A DNA stretch of 64,000 bases from a virus: the IMG/VR virus record IMGVR_UViG_3300035670_000045, positions 1-64,000 of that record; one strand, written 5' to 3'. Below the pieces are notes generated by a model, which saw nothing but the letters and a program-made list of their open reading frames with translations, did no database searches and had not been told where the DNA came from. A program made the translations under genes and the position numbers. This document shows, piece by piece, positions 27,784 through 38,089 of the stretch (its first letter is position 1; each line of letters begins with the position of its first letter).

Positions 27784-28419
27784 ATGTACAACGGCGCAGT
27801 TTTCGGGGGGGACATCGGGTCGGTCAACGTCGGGCTGTTCGCCGCGGTTGGCCTACTCGGCCCACTCTTGGCCCAGATCGACCTGATGCTGTACGGCTCG
27901 ATCGGCATCGGTGCACTTCACGCAGACTTCTCCCTGCAACTCAGCGCAGCACTTCAGGCGTCCCTCGACATCGGGCTGAACTTGTCGAATCCGTTCATCG
28001 GGTTCTCGCTAGCCCTCAGTGCGATTGCCACGCTGCAGGCACAGATTGCACTGGCACTGTCTGGGCAGATCTCGTTCTCGTTGGACGTATCCCTACAGTT
28101 GAGTGCCAACGCCTCGTTCTCTGCCGCTTTGAGTGCGCGGCTCGGCGGACTGGAGCTCGTAATCCAGGCGGCGATCGCCCTCAAGATTCCTGCGATCGAG
28201 TTCCTCGCCCGGCTGAACCTGTCCGCGGGGCCACTACTGGTCGCGAGCTGGGAGGACATGCGCCTGGACCAAGCTGCTGCACAGTTCCAGTTCGACGCTG
28301 CCAACGGTATGAGCTATGGCCCCACCACGATCAACGCGTTCGACATGACGTACGGTGTGGTCATCTTCACGAAAAGCCCGGTTGCCTGGGCAAGTCTGCG
28401 CGCTGTGCTTGTGACGTGA
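27784..28419 (+). CDS. Hypothetical hydrophobic Leu/Ala-rich protein
   Basis: 211-aa ORF starting just after the spike gene stop. Confidence 0.65.
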   Translation: MYNGAVFGGDIGSVNVGLFAAVGLLGPLLAQIDLMLYGSIGIGALHADFSLQLSAALQASLDIGLNLSNPFIGFSLALSAIATLQAQIALALSGQISFSLDVSLQLSANASFSAALSARLGGLELVIQAAIALKIPAIEFLARLNLSAGPLLVASWEDMRLDQAAAQFQFDAANGMSYGPTTINAFDMTYGVVIFTKSPVAWASLRAVLVT

Positions 28420-28439
28420 CCTTTTCCACAAATCGCATC

Positions 28440-28445
28440 TATACT
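28440..28445 (+). promoter_or_regulatory. Putative -10 element TATACT
   Basis: AT-rich intergenic stretch; GTGACC lies 18 nt upstream. Confidence 0.45.
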
Positions 28446-28447
28446 CG

Positions 28448-30478
28448 GTGAGTCCCATGCGAAACCTCTACCTCCCGAAGCCCGTGTACAACATCCCCTC
28501 CTTCGCGAAGGAGGCGGCGGCGCTGGTGCCCTTGTCGGAGCACACGGAGAGCTGGCCGGAAGAGATTCTCCGGGAGGTGCACAAGCAGCTCCCTTACGTC
28601 GCGGACTACAACCTCGACGTCGAGATGAGCCGCATGGACGCCGAGCTCGGGTACGCCTTCGGTCATGTGACCGTCAGCGGACGGTCCGAGGTCACTCCGC
28701 GGCCGGGGGCCGAGTCCTTCTCTGGAGTCCAGAAGGTCCGGATCCCGCTCATCGTGAAAGAGCGGAAGCTGTACCCGCTCGATACGCTGGTCACCTCCGA
28801 CGCGGTGATGCTGCCGCTGACCGAGTCTCGCCTCCGTCAGGCCCTGTTCCGCCCCCAGATGTTCGATGTCACGGCGACGCCTCCGGCCGACCGCAGCCTG
28901 ATGTCCCAGCTCTATCCGCCGTACCGCCAGAACCTGGGCGCGATCTCCGCGGGTAGCGCCGGCGGCGACATGCACCTCGTGGGCAAGATGGCGTCGGAGA
29001 GCTCCGCAAAGCTGCGGGAACAGGTCGAAGCGGCACTCGAAGCCAAGAAGAACGCGGGCATCCCCAACTCGTCGAACCCCAAGGCCCCTGCGGGACCGTC
29101 CATCAAGCAGCAGCTGCAGAAGTCCGCGTCCATCCTCGAGGCGGTCCAGTCCCAGGTCCCGCCGGAGCTCGTCATCGAGATGGCCCCTCTGCTCGTGGGG
29201 CTGACCGAGAAGAACGCTGCAGCGGCCCAAGCCGTGGCGGCCATCACCCGGTTCGAGTTCTCTCCGGACCCGCAGAAGACCGCGAGTGAGGGCCCGGAGA
29301 TCGATGTCTGGCAGGTGCGCCAACGCGAGGACGGGGACGGCTATGTGCTGAAGGTGGCGGATGTCACCGGGGGCGTCTCCGAGTCCGTGATCGACCGCCG
29401 CCAGCTGGTGAGCCTCCTTGGTGCCAAGATCGCGATGGAAGTCGACACCGCGGGCGCAGTGACGGGGGCTACGTCGGAGCCCGAAGCGCCTGCCGACGAG
29501 CCCGAGGCCTCGGTCATCACCGAGGCGGGCACGTACAAGGTCATGGATCTCCAGGGGAAAGAGGTGACGGGCCTCGTGTTCCCGAACCTCCTCGACCCCA
29601 CTCAGGGCAAGGCGGTGCCGAGCTCCCTGTTCCTGAACGGGTCGATCACCTCGTACCAGCCGGACATCGTCGGGGTACGGGTGGGTGACGTCACCGAGCC
29701 CCCTACGGGGGAGCCCGGCGGCATGGGCTCTTGGTACATCCCGGACGGCCAGGACGGACCCACCATGACGGTTCCCCTGAAAGTCCTGGGGCACCTCCCT
29801 GGCGGCTTCCTCGTCGAGAAGGCGGATGGGGAGCAGGCCACGGTGGAGCTTCCGCCGAGCGCGAAGTTCGTGCCCTTCGGGCAATCCGACACGACGAGCC
29901 TGCTCAGTTCGGAGGAGTCTGCAGCCCTCGCGAAGAGTGCACAGCTCGGAGTCGAAATTCGGGCGAGCTCGTCCACCAACATCGAGTTGGCCCCGGTGGT
30001 CGGCACGAAAGAGGCGGGGGCCCGGGAACGCTACGACTACGACGGCGCGCTGTTCGAGCTTGCTCGAGCGGGCGTCCGGCTCGAAGAGGCTTCCACCAAG
30101 ATTGCCTCGTCTCTGGCGGGAAACCAGACGACCTTCGTGGCAGCCCACCCCCGCCCGCGACAAGTGATGGCGGCGGAGAAGACTGCGGCGCCTGCGGCGT
30201 CCGAGCTCCGGCGCATCCTGGTCAAAGAGGCGGAGGACATCCCCGACCCTCAAGCGGTGGACACCGTGCTCTCCCTCGGGTTCATCACCCCGGACAACGA
30301 GGCCACGTACATGTCGTACCTGCCGCAGCTGGAAAGCGTACAGAGCAAGCTCTGCGAGCTCCTGATTGCGTCACGGGTAGGCCTCCGTCAGGTGCCGCCC
30401 ACCCCGGTGGAGAAGTGCGTGCGTGCCCTCGAGGAAGTGATCGATGGCTTGAAGGTCATCGCATTTCGGAATAACTAA
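28448..30478 (+). CDS. Putative head/virion protein with K-x-A motifs
   Basis: KEAA, KMAS, KSAS, KTAS, KSAQ, KEAG, KIAS, KTAA and KEAE; the start may be ATG 28457. Confidence 0.7.
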   Translation: MSPMRNLYLPKPVYNIPSFAKEAAALVPLSEHTESWPEEILREVHKQLPYVADYNLDVEMSRMDAELGYAFGHVTVSGRSEVTPRPGAESFSGVQKVRIPLIVKERKLYPLDTLVTSDAVMLPLTESRLRQALFRPQMFDVTATPPADRSLMSQLYPPYRQNLGAISAGSAGGDMHLVGKMASESSAKLREQVEAALEAKKNAGIPNSSNPKAPAGPSIKQQLQKSASILEAVQSQVPPELVIEMAPLLVGLTEKNAAAAQAVAAITRFEFSPDPQKTASEGPEIDVWQVRQREDGDGYVLKVADVTGGVSESVIDRRQLVSLLGAKIAMEVDTAGAVTGATSEPEAPADEPEASVITEAGTYKVMDLQGKEVTGLVFPNLLDPTQGKAVPSSLFLNGSITSYQPDIVGVRVGDVTEPPTGEPGGMGSWYIPDGQDGPTMTVPLKVLGHLPGGFLVEKADGEQATVELPPSAKFVPFGQSDTTSLLSSEESAALAKSAQLGVEIRASSSTNIELAPVVGTKEAGARERYDYDGALFELARAGVRLEEASTKIASSLAGNQTTFVAAHPRPRQVMAAEKTAAPAASELRRILVKEAEDIPDPQAVDTVLSLGFITPDNEATYMSYLPQLESVQSKLCELLIASRVGLRQVPPTPVEKCVRALEEVIDGLKVIAFRNN

Positions 30479-30483
30479 AAGGG

Positions 30484-31473
30484 GTGATCCGTCGCAGCCC
30501 GGCAGAGCGGTACCTCAAGTACTTGCTCTGCCTCCCCAGCACGCAGAGTATCCAGGCCGTCCTCGAGCTGTGTGAGTTGAAGCAAGTCGACTCGGTCGGG
30601 GAGGACTACCTGCGGCGGTTGTCCCTCAGCCTCGAGTTGCCCATGAGCTTTGCGCCGCAGGACCCCCGGCACTGGGAGTCCCAAGCGACGCTGATGCGGC
30701 TTGGGATCTACGAGCTCTTCCAGCAGAACTCTGACACCAAGGCGATGTGGGAGATCTTGGAGTCCCCACGCGCCAAGGAGTTCGTCGAGTCCATGGCGTT
30801 ACTCGGGGCTCCGACGGGTGTAGTGGCCGACCAAGTCGCCGCGAAGTACGAGATCCAGTGCACGGAGGAGTCCCTTCGCCTGTACCTGAAGTTCTTCTGG
30901 GACCTGACGTTGGTCGACTCCACCGAGACTCGCGCGCTGCTCTCCCTGCGGTGGAAGACGACGAGCATGAAGCCGGTGGTGACTGGGCGTGCGCCGGATG
31001 GGTCCCCCATCACTCGCGAGCATGACGCAGTTACCCACCTCGAGGCCCTGGGGAAAGCGATGCACGGGGATCCGAGGCATATCGCTTCGTCACTCCCGTC
31101 TTCCCCGTACACCGCGCTGGTGGCCCAAATGCGCATGGGCATGCTGCCGAACAAGCTCGACACCCGGAAGACGCTCGAGACCGCCGAGAAGATGCTGGCG
31201 CTTAGGTTGCTCGAGTCCGCTTCCGGGACCGGCCCGTTCGATGCGGAGCGGTCGGGCCAGTGGACGTCGAGCATCAAGAACTTGCGGGAAGTCATCTCCA
31301 ACATGTCGCCTCCGGAAGAGGCCCTTGCCCGTCAGATCAACGCGTTCGCCATCGAAGTGTCCAGCGACCCCGTACCGGGAATCCACTCGCTGACGGGTGG
31401 GGATCACACAACGCAGCTGCTCCCCGACAGCCTCCTGCAGGGGCATGGTGAGGACGATGGTGAAGTACCTTAA
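30484..31473 (+). CDS. Hypothetical protein (helical; terminase small subunit possible)
   Basis: 329-aa ORF upstream of terL; the functional guess rests on position only. Confidence 0.6.
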   Translation: MIRRSPAERYLKYLLCLPSTQSIQAVLELCELKQVDSVGEDYLRRLSLSLELPMSFAPQDPRHWESQATLMRLGIYELFQQNSDTKAMWEILESPRAKEFVESMALLGAPTGVVADQVAAKYEIQCTEESLRLYLKFFWDLTLVDSTETRALLSLRWKTTSMKPVVTGRAPDGSPITREHDAVTHLEALGKAMHGDPRHIASSLPSSPYTALVAQMRMGMLPNKLDTRKTLETAEKMLALRLLESASGTGPFDAERSGQWTSSIKNLREVISNMSPPEEALARQINAFAIEVSSDPVPGIHSLTGGDHTTQLLPDSLLQGHGEDDGEVP

Positions 31474-31897
31474 CGAGCGGGTCGCCTCTCCGGGAGATTT
31501 GGCTCAGCTTGCCACGGAGGGTGCGCACGGCATCGACAACGTCACGGCCCCGCAGTTCAAGTGGGACAACCGGTACACAACGTTCGAGGCGGAGTACCAC
31601 ATCTGTGAGTACACGGGCGACGTGACGATCCACTTCTTCCCGAGCTCGCAAGACAACCTGTACCTGAAGGTCTGGGTCCAAGAATTCGGGCCCATGCTCG
31701 AGACGTGCGTTTTGCGGGAGTGGCATCCCGACCCAAGCCGGTTCCGTGCTGCGTGGACCGAGGAGCTCAGCTCTTGGTGGCTTCGGGCGTATGGGTTTGG
31801 GCGGGGGCTTGGGGTGGAGGCTCTTCGCGAGCGATTTTTTGATGCGTTGGACGCGGCCATGGACCTACGGTTAGCCCCACCTGCCAAGCGTGGTTGA
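31457..31897 (+). CDS. Hypothetical protein
   Basis: Start ATG 31457 with a GAGG RBS. Confidence 0.65.
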   Translation: MVKYLNERVASPGDLAQLATEGAHGIDNVTAPQFKWDNRYTTFEAEYHICEYTGDVTIHFFPSSQDNLYLKVWVQEFGPMLETCVLREWHPDPSRFRAAWTEELSSWWLRAYGFGRGLGVEALRERFFDALDAAMDLRLAPPAKRG

Positions 31898-32120
31898 CCA
31901 GCCGGATGTCCCACGTGCGTAGCTTGACCCCGACATCCCGGAGATGGTCCCGCAGTACGGCACGGAGCGTGTTGGTGTTGCACGTGCGCCGTACGACGAA
32001 CCCGTACTCGCCTCCCCCGTCTTCCCCTCGCCGGGCGTACCTGCCTGTTGGGAGGAATTCCACCCCAGCGCGCTCTGCGGATAGTAGTGCGGATTCCAAC
32101 TCATTCTGGAACGGGACCAT
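31767..32120 (-). CDS. Hypothetical protein, probably leaderless
   Basis: Fills the 31897-32139 gap; preceded on the minus strand by GG-TATGCT-N6-ATG. Confidence 0.55.
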   Translation of the reverse strand: MVPFQNELESALLSAERAGVEFLPTGRYARRGEDGGGEYGFVVRRTCNTNTLRAVLRDHLRDVGVKLRTWDIRLVNHAWQVGLTVGPWPRPTHQKIAREEPPPQAPAQTHTPEATKS

Positions 32121-32138
32121 CTTCGGAGCATACCTCGA

Positions 32139-33968
32139 ATGAGCCAGCCCTTCTCAGCCTCTGACACGTTGGACGACGACAACGAGGAGGTCCAGCTTCT
32201 CTCAGACGACGAGATGCGTCGTATCCATGAGGGTGGGATCTGGTTCCCCGAGCCCGAGCCGATCGAGTGGCTCTACGACGGTTCGGAGGAGGAAGACGCC
32301 GGCGTCCGCGGTACCGTGCCTCTGAAGCTGTCGGACTTCACCAAGTTCGCGTTCCGTTTGCCCTCGGGGGACACCGGGGAGTTTGCGCCGTTCTCCTTCG
32401 AGGGTCGGCGTCACATGCTTCGGATCTACGACACTTCGGCCAAGAAGATCCTCCTCATCTGCGCCCGCCAGACGGAGAAGAGCACGTCCCTTGGGAACAA
32501 GTCGATCGGGCGTAGCTGCCTGATTCCTGGGCACAAGACGCTATACGTGTCGCCGTCCGCTCTGCAGTCCAAGACGTTCTCGATGGACCGTATCAAGGAC
32601 CCCATCGAGACGAGCGAGATTCTGAGGGGCTACACCACCAGGCACCTCAGCCAGAACGTCTTCCAGAAGCAGTTCGTGAATCGCAGCCAGATCATGCTGC
32701 GTTACGCGTTCCTCAACGCGGACCGGGTACGCGGTACGACTCCCTGGTCGATCATCCTCGACGAGTTCCAGGACTTCCTCGCGGACACCATCCCCGTCAT
32801 CGAGCAAGCGTCCTCCCACGCTCCGGCAAACCACCGCACGTTCATGTACGCGGGGACCCCGAAAGGGGCGGACAACCCCATCGAGTACCACTGGTCGGGG
32901 GTCACCCGGCTGGGTAAGCCGATGTCCACGATGTGCGAGTGGGTGGTGCCGTGCGAGGGGTGCAGGCACTGGAACATCCTCGGCGAGAAAAACATCGGGA
33001 AGAAGTTCCTCATCTGTGAGCGGTGCGGGAAGCAGATCCACCCGCAACACGATCGAGCCCAGTGGGCGGCAGGAAATGCGAACGCGGAGTACGAGGGGTA
33101 CCGCATCAACCAGCTGATGGTCCCGTGGCGAAAGTGGGACGACATCCTGGCGGACTACGGCAAGTACACCCGGGACAGGTTCTACAACGAGGTGCTCGGC
33201 ATCTCGTTCGACTCCGGTATCCGTCCTCTCACGCTCGCGGAGCTCAAAGCGAACTGCAACAGCAGCGTCAGCATGGCGGAGCTCCGGCTCGAGGCGTTCC
33301 GCAAGCAGCTCATCTCCGACAATGCGCCCGTGTTCGCCGGGGTGGACTGGGGGCAGGACGGCTCGAGTTACACGGTTTTGACCTTGGCGACCTACGTCAA
33401 CAACCGGTTCCGCGTGTTCTTCATCCACCGGTTCGAAGGGGCGGACTTGGAGCCGGATGTCCAAGTGGCGAAGATCATCCGCATATGTCGGGCGTACCGC
33501 GTCAAGGTCATCGGTGTGGACTACGGCGCGGGGTACGTGCAGAACAAGCAGCTCATCCACGCCTTTGGGGCGACGGTGGTGCAGCAGTACCAGTACGCGG
33601 TGCGTCTTCGGGCCAAGCTCGCTCGCGAAAAGAACAATCGACGCTGGATCGTGAACCGGTCGGAGATCATGAGCGACATGTTCTCTGCGCTCAAGCGTAA
33701 GAACGTGTTCGAGCTGCCACGGTGGGAGGAGTTCGGGACGCCTTACGGCCAAGACATCCGAAACATCTACACGGAGTACAACGACAAGCTGCGCATCATC
33801 GTGTACCAGCACCGGCCGGACCGGCCGGATGACAGCTTCCACTCCATCACGTTCTGCTTCCTGGCATCGATGCTGGTTCGTCCACGCCCGGACATCATCA
33901 CTCCGCGTCGTGAGCTTTTCCCCGAGCCGATCCTTTGGAGCTACGACGACGGTGCTTCTCAAGGTTGA
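32139..33968 (+). CDS. terL: Terminase large subunit (lambda GpA-like with Zn ribbon)
   Basis: ARQTEKST Walker A, ILDEFQD Walker B, AGTP motif III, CEGC/CERC, nuclease motifs AGVDWG, GVDYG and PDDSFH. Confidence 0.9.
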   Translation: MSQPFSASDTLDDDNEEVQLLSDDEMRRIHEGGIWFPEPEPIEWLYDGSEEEDAGVRGTVPLKLSDFTKFAFRLPSGDTGEFAPFSFEGRRHMLRIYDTSAKKILLICARQTEKSTSLGNKSIGRSCLIPGHKTLYVSPSALQSKTFSMDRIKDPIETSEILRGYTTRHLSQNVFQKQFVNRSQIMLRYAFLNADRVRGTTPWSIILDEFQDFLADTIPVIEQASSHAPANHRTFMYAGTPKGADNPIEYHWSGVTRLGKPMSTMCEWVVPCEGCRHWNILGEKNIGKKFLICERCGKQIHPQHDRAQWAAGNANAEYEGYRINQLMVPWRKWDDILADYGKYTRDRFYNEVLGISFDSGIRPLTLAELKANCNSSVSMAELRLEAFRKQLISDNAPVFAGVDWGQDGSSYTVLTLATYVNNRFRVFFIHRFEGADLEPDVQVAKIIRICRAYRVKVIGVDYGAGYVQNKQLIHAFGATVVQQYQYAVRLRAKLAREKNNRRWIVNRSEIMSDMFSALKRKNVFELPRWEEFGTPYGQDIRNIYTEYNDKLRIIVYQHRPDRPDDSFHSITFCFLASMLVRPRPDIITPRRELFPEPILWSYDDGASQG

Positions 33969-34461
33969 GGTAGTACATGCCCCTCACCGTGTCGACCACC
34001 GCCTCTCCGTCCGTGGTCTGGTGATCCAGTTGGACCTGACCACCAGCCGCGAGAAAGGCCGTTTGCCGGCACACGTTTGCTGTGTGTTGCAGGCGAGCGC
34101 GGAGGACGGGGTCTTCCGTTGCGATGTACATGCGACGAAACAGCTCGATGAACACGCCCCAGGGGCGGGATTCCCCCGTCAGCAAGGCGGAGAGTCTCCA
34201 GTACGCATCTGTCACTCCCGCGAACGACTTGATGAGCATTTCGGCCACGTCATCCGGGAGGTGACCGCCCTTGCAGCCGTCGGTAGCCAGCTTCCGAAGG
34301 CGACGGATCTCGTCCTCCTCCGTACTCAGTGGGGTGACGTCCAGGGCAAGGATGCGGAGGAGCCCATCGAGCATCGCGGCGTTCTGCCTGGCCAGGTGAA
34401 GCGCGGTGGACACGTCGAGGAGGAGTTTTTTCGACTTTCTTCCGCTGGGCTGTTCTCGCAT
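33898..34461 (-). CDS. Hypothetical protein
   Basis: AGGA RBS; fills the gap; its 3' end overlaps terL by 71 nt. Confidence 0.6.
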   Translation of the reverse strand: MREQPSGRKSKKLLLDVSTALHLARQNAAMLDGLLRILALDVTPLSTEEDEIRRLRKLATDGCKGGHLPDDVAEMLIKSFAGVTDAYWRLSALLTGESRPWGVFIELFRRMYIATEDPVLRARLQHTANVCRQTAFLAAGGQVQLDHQTTDGEAVVDTVRGMYYLNLEKHRRRSSKGSARGKAHDAE

Positions 34462-34481
34462 GGTATTCCTGGGGTACAGAG

Positions 34482-35696
34482 ATGAGCAGCAGATTCACGG
34501 ACTTTTTGGACCGTCAGCAACGTCACTCCAAGCCGGTCAGCGGCTCGGAGTTGGAGTGCTTCGGGAAGTCTGCTGCTGCGGATTGGGTAGCGGGTAGGTT
34601 CCCCACTGTCCACGACGCCGTAGTCTCGTCCGTCAAAGAGGCGCGTCTCTCTCCGGAGCAAGTGCGGCGTGTGGTGGAGTTCGCGAACATCAACTCGTAC
34701 CTAAACCTCTTCCGAAAAGAGGGTGGGGTCAACAAGTACATCGACTTCGGTGAAGCCGGGCCGGCAGACCCGTCGGATGTACTTCGGGACCTGAACGACG
34801 GCGGCAACACGGTGTCCGACATGGGAGGCAGCGAGAAGATGGGACAGATCACCCCGGAAGGGCATCACGTAGGTCAGGTCTCGGAGGCGCAGCTGTTCGC
34901 CGCCCTGTTCCCCGGTGCAGGTGCGGAGAAGACCGCGAGCGTGGAGGCGCGGCTGGCGTCATCCACCGCCGAGCTCTGGGACGTTCACACGAAGCTTTCT
35001 CACGCCATCTCCGAGGCGCAGGGGCAGTTGGGGCTCCTGCAGCACTACGCGGCCCCTGTGGTGGAGGAGTTCACCTCGAACATCAAGGAAGCGACCCGCG
35101 CCGGGCACTCCTTGGGAGAGCTCGTCTCCGTTCTCCAGCAATTCGGACAAGACGGCCACGTCAAGTCCGCGATGCTCGCCGTCATGCCTCGCTTGTCCTC
35201 GGAGGTGTTCCACACCTCGGAGGAGGTGGCCGAGAGCTTCCGAAAGGAGGCGTCGAGTGTGGGGCGGCCGGACCCGGATCACCCGCTGATCCAGTCGTTC
35301 CATGGGCTCGTGGCCTCGCTCGAGAAACTGGCAAGCGCTCGGGAAGAGCTCGAGGAGCTCACTGGTGCGCAGGCTCGAGTCCGCGCACAGCTCAAGGTGG
35401 CGTCCGGCGGTCTCGTGGGGAAAGGGTGGCATGCCCTCAAGAGCACCGCGGACTGGGCCGGCAAGGGCGGAGAGGCCGCAGGGCGTGCGCTCTTCGGCGG
35501 GGACGGGAAAGCGGTCGGACACGCGGCTCGAGCTTTGACCTACGCTGCTCCGGTAGTGGCGGGGCACGAGGTGTACCGCCGGGTCCTCAAGAACTCCCCC
35601 GTGATGTCCGCCGCGCGGTCGGTCGTTCCTGGGACGAACGAGTACTACGCGGCTGAGATGGACGGAAACCCCTACGCCATGATGGGTGGATACTGA
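34482..35696 (+). CDS. Putative head protein with K-x-A motifs and a Gly-rich C-terminal module
   Basis: KSAA, KEAR, KTAS, KEAT, KSAM, KEAS, KLAS and KVAS; LSPEQVRRVVEFAN helix. Confidence 0.7.
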   Translation: MSSRFTDFLDRQQRHSKPVSGSELECFGKSAAADWVAGRFPTVHDAVVSSVKEARLSPEQVRRVVEFANINSYLNLFRKEGGVNKYIDFGEAGPADPSDVLRDLNDGGNTVSDMGGSEKMGQITPEGHHVGQVSEAQLFAALFPGAGAEKTASVEARLASSTAELWDVHTKLSHAISEAQGQLGLLQHYAAPVVEEFTSNIKEATRAGHSLGELVSVLQQFGQDGHVKSAMLAVMPRLSSEVFHTSEEVAESFRKEASSVGRPDPDHPLIQSFHGLVASLEKLASAREELEELTGAQARVRAQLKVASGGLVGKGWHALKSTADWAGKGGEAAGRALFGGDGKAVGHAARALTYAAPVVAGHEVYRRVLKNSPVMSAARSVVPGTNEYYAAEMDGNPYAMMGGY

Positions 35697-36415
35697 TGAG
35701 CACCAAGTACCGCGACCTGCTGACACAGTACAACGAGTCCGCGACCGGCGCCGTGCACGACTTTCTTGCCGCGCGCAAGGAGGCATCTGCACGCAAGGTC
35801 ATGCAGAACTTCGCTACGGGCGTCGGGAACGCGACCATGGCGGGGGTTGGTGGGGCCATCGCCTCCGCCGCCGTCACAGGCGTGGCGATGGGGGCTCAGA
35901 AGGCCTACCAGGCGCTGACCCGGGAACGCGACATGCGCAACATGCTCGAGGCCAACGCGGAGTTGGCGGAGCACCACCAGAGCAACCCCAAGGGGTTCAA
36001 CCTGGCGTACAACTCGCTTCGCGCGATGAACCCGGAGTTCGCGGCCGACCCCGTCATCGCCGGCGCCTACATGCGGAAAGCCATGGAGAATCCCGGTGTC
36101 GCAGGCGGCATCTTCGGCGAGCTCGGGCTGCAGTCGAAGCGCACCCCCAACCGGTTCATGGACTCGATCCAGTCCAACGCGGCGTCCTCGTTCCGGATGC
36201 CCCGGGAAGAGGGACCCATGGAGGGCCGGAGGGGCCCTGTCCCGATCGACTCGAACGCCGAGCTGACACCCACGACCCTCACCGGGGAGGGGTACTCCCA
36301 CGGGAAGGGACGCGTGCACGAGGGCCGCATGAAGGTGAAGGTCCACAAAGACCCGATGGGCCCCGGCGTGGGCGGTGGCGAGCGGTGGAACACCCACAAG
36401 CCGCGAGACTGGTGA
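35696..36415 (+). CDS. Putative virion protein with a leader ending in KEAS and a Gly/Ala hydrophobic segment
   Basis: TGATG coupling; HDFLAARKEAS followed by a GxxxG tract. Confidence 0.65.
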   Translation: MSTKYRDLLTQYNESATGAVHDFLAARKEASARKVMQNFATGVGNATMAGVGGAIASAAVTGVAMGAQKAYQALTRERDMRNMLEANAELAEHHQSNPKGFNLAYNSLRAMNPEFAADPVIAGAYMRKAMENPGVAGGIFGELGLQSKRTPNRFMDSIQSNAASSFRMPREEGPMEGRRGPVPIDSNAELTPTTLTGEGYSHGKGRVHEGRMKVKVHKDPMGPGVGGGERWNTHKPRDW

Positions 36416-36430
36416 GAGGCTCGGGCCGCG

Positions 36431-38038
36431 ATGATCGTCAAAGAGTGCCTGTTCTCCGGTTCCACGGAGCTCGGTCCCGCGGTCCTGCCTCTATTCCAAC
36501 GAGGTACGGACGCCTTCTTCGAGAAGACGGCGTCCTTCATCGTCCCCGAGGTCGTGAACTTCATCGCAGGTGTGCGCCCGGAGAACGGGGCGATCTACAC
36601 CTTGGTGAATGCGCTCGGTGCGGGTGAGTACTTTGGCAGCAACGCCAACGCCGACTACTTCGACGAGTCTGGCCTCATCCATCGACCCGACCAGTGGGCG
36701 GGCGACCCCGCACTGGATGCGGAGGTTGGCCGAAAGTGGGGGTACGGGTTCCCCACGTTCTATGGCGCCCACGTGTTCCCTCACCACCGGAATCAGGACC
36801 CCGCCAAGTCCATTGGGGACGTGGTGTTCGCCGCTTGGAACCCTCGGATGCGGCGGGTGGAGCTCGTCACGAAGACCCACGAGGTGCGTTGCCGCGCCCA
36901 GGGTGTCACCTCGATCTGGGACAAGCTCAAGGCCCTCGAGTACGCGGACGTGTCGATGGGTGCGCGCGTACCCGGCGACCTGTGCTCCTGTCACGCAGAC
37001 TGGTCTGCGTTCGAGGCTGCCAAGAAGACGTACAACCCGCGGGTGCACGCCAACGAGGGTGTGGCCGTTGCCGAGTACCACAAGCGGTCCCCCATCCGCG
37101 GATGGGCCAAGACCCGCAAAGAGTACTGCGAGAACATGCTTCGGAAGCCCAACGCCATCCTGCCCGACGGCAAGAAGGTGTTCGTGCACAACCACTACCC
37201 GAAGTTCTTCGACATCTCGTACGTGTTCGTGGGCGCGGACCGCACCGCCAAAGCGATGATCCACATTCGCACGGTGGCTACGATCTCCACGCCCTCCGAG
37301 AGCTACAAGCTCGGGTGGGATTCCACGTTCGGTGGAGAGGAGAAGACCGCGGCCCGCAAGCACGGAGAGATCCAGAAGTCGGACATCCCAAGCCACTTCG
37401 TGCCGTCCGCGATCCGCCACACCTTCCGTGGGGAGCCCGACCTTCCCCGGGAAGTACTCCACGAGATTGCGCGTCACCCCGAGCGGCCGGCCCTTGCGAC
37501 CGTGTCAGGCTTGGGTATTGTGCTCCGTCCACGTGAGTTCCAGCGCATCACTCTCCATCGTGCAGGCAACGGTCAACTGGCCGACGCACTCGACGCCAAC
37601 GGGATGGTGTTCTCGAGAGGAGAGGCGGAGTCCCCCTGGGAGACCACTCCGGAGTTCATCCCGGAGCTTCTTCGGGTGCTTGCCCCGTTCTTGGCGCGAC
37701 GTTCCGCGTTGCACGAGCCGCTCACTTCCCGAGTCCTCATCGCGTACTCCGGAGGGGATTCCGTGCCCTACAAATCGGGTGTGGCCTCTTCCTATCTTTT
37801 CGAGCCGCTCAGTAAGATGGGCTCCAGGTACTCGGAGTACCGACAGTCCATCATGCAACAACTCCCGCACGCCCCCCACCTGCTCTCCGAAGTCGATGGC
37901 GGGCCTGTTGCGCAAAAGTTGGGGTCTGCCCCTCTCCACGAGCTGTTCTCGCCGCTGACTGTCGAGTATCTTCAGTCAGCATTCTGGGAAGAGGCACCCC
38001 TCGACCCCACCACCACTCGGGCGAAAGCCGGCGCGTAG
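36431..38038 (+). CDS. Prohead maturation protease (HK97/assemblin-like serine protease, putative)
   Basis: NANADYF, FPHHRN..IGDV, VSMG (candidate catalytic Ser) and FFDISYVFVGAD; lies upstream of scaffold and capsid genes; the domain is flanked by EKTAS and EKTAA. Confidence 0.7.
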   Translation: MIVKECLFSGSTELGPAVLPLFQRGTDAFFEKTASFIVPEVVNFIAGVRPENGAIYTLVNALGAGEYFGSNANADYFDESGLIHRPDQWAGDPALDAEVGRKWGYGFPTFYGAHVFPHHRNQDPAKSIGDVVFAAWNPRMRRVELVTKTHEVRCRAQGVTSIWDKLKALEYADVSMGARVPGDLCSCHADWSAFEAAKKTYNPRVHANEGVAVAEYHKRSPIRGWAKTRKEYCENMLRKPNAILPDGKKVFVHNHYPKFFDISYVFVGADRTAKAMIHIRTVATISTPSESYKLGWDSTFGGEEKTAARKHGEIQKSDIPSHFVPSAIRHTFRGEPDLPREVLHEIARHPERPALATVSGLGIVLRPREFQRITLHRAGNGQLADALDANGMVFSRGEAESPWETTPEFIPELLRVLAPFLARRSALHEPLTSRVLIAYSGGDSVPYKSGVASSYLFEPLSKMGSRYSEYRQSIMQQLPHAPHLLSEVDGGPVAQKLGSAPLHELFSPLTVEYLQSAFWEEAPLDPTTTRAKAGA

Positions 38039-38089
38039 GAGAGGGACACCTCCCCGAAGACCGCGCGGAAACTTGAAAGAAGAAAAACC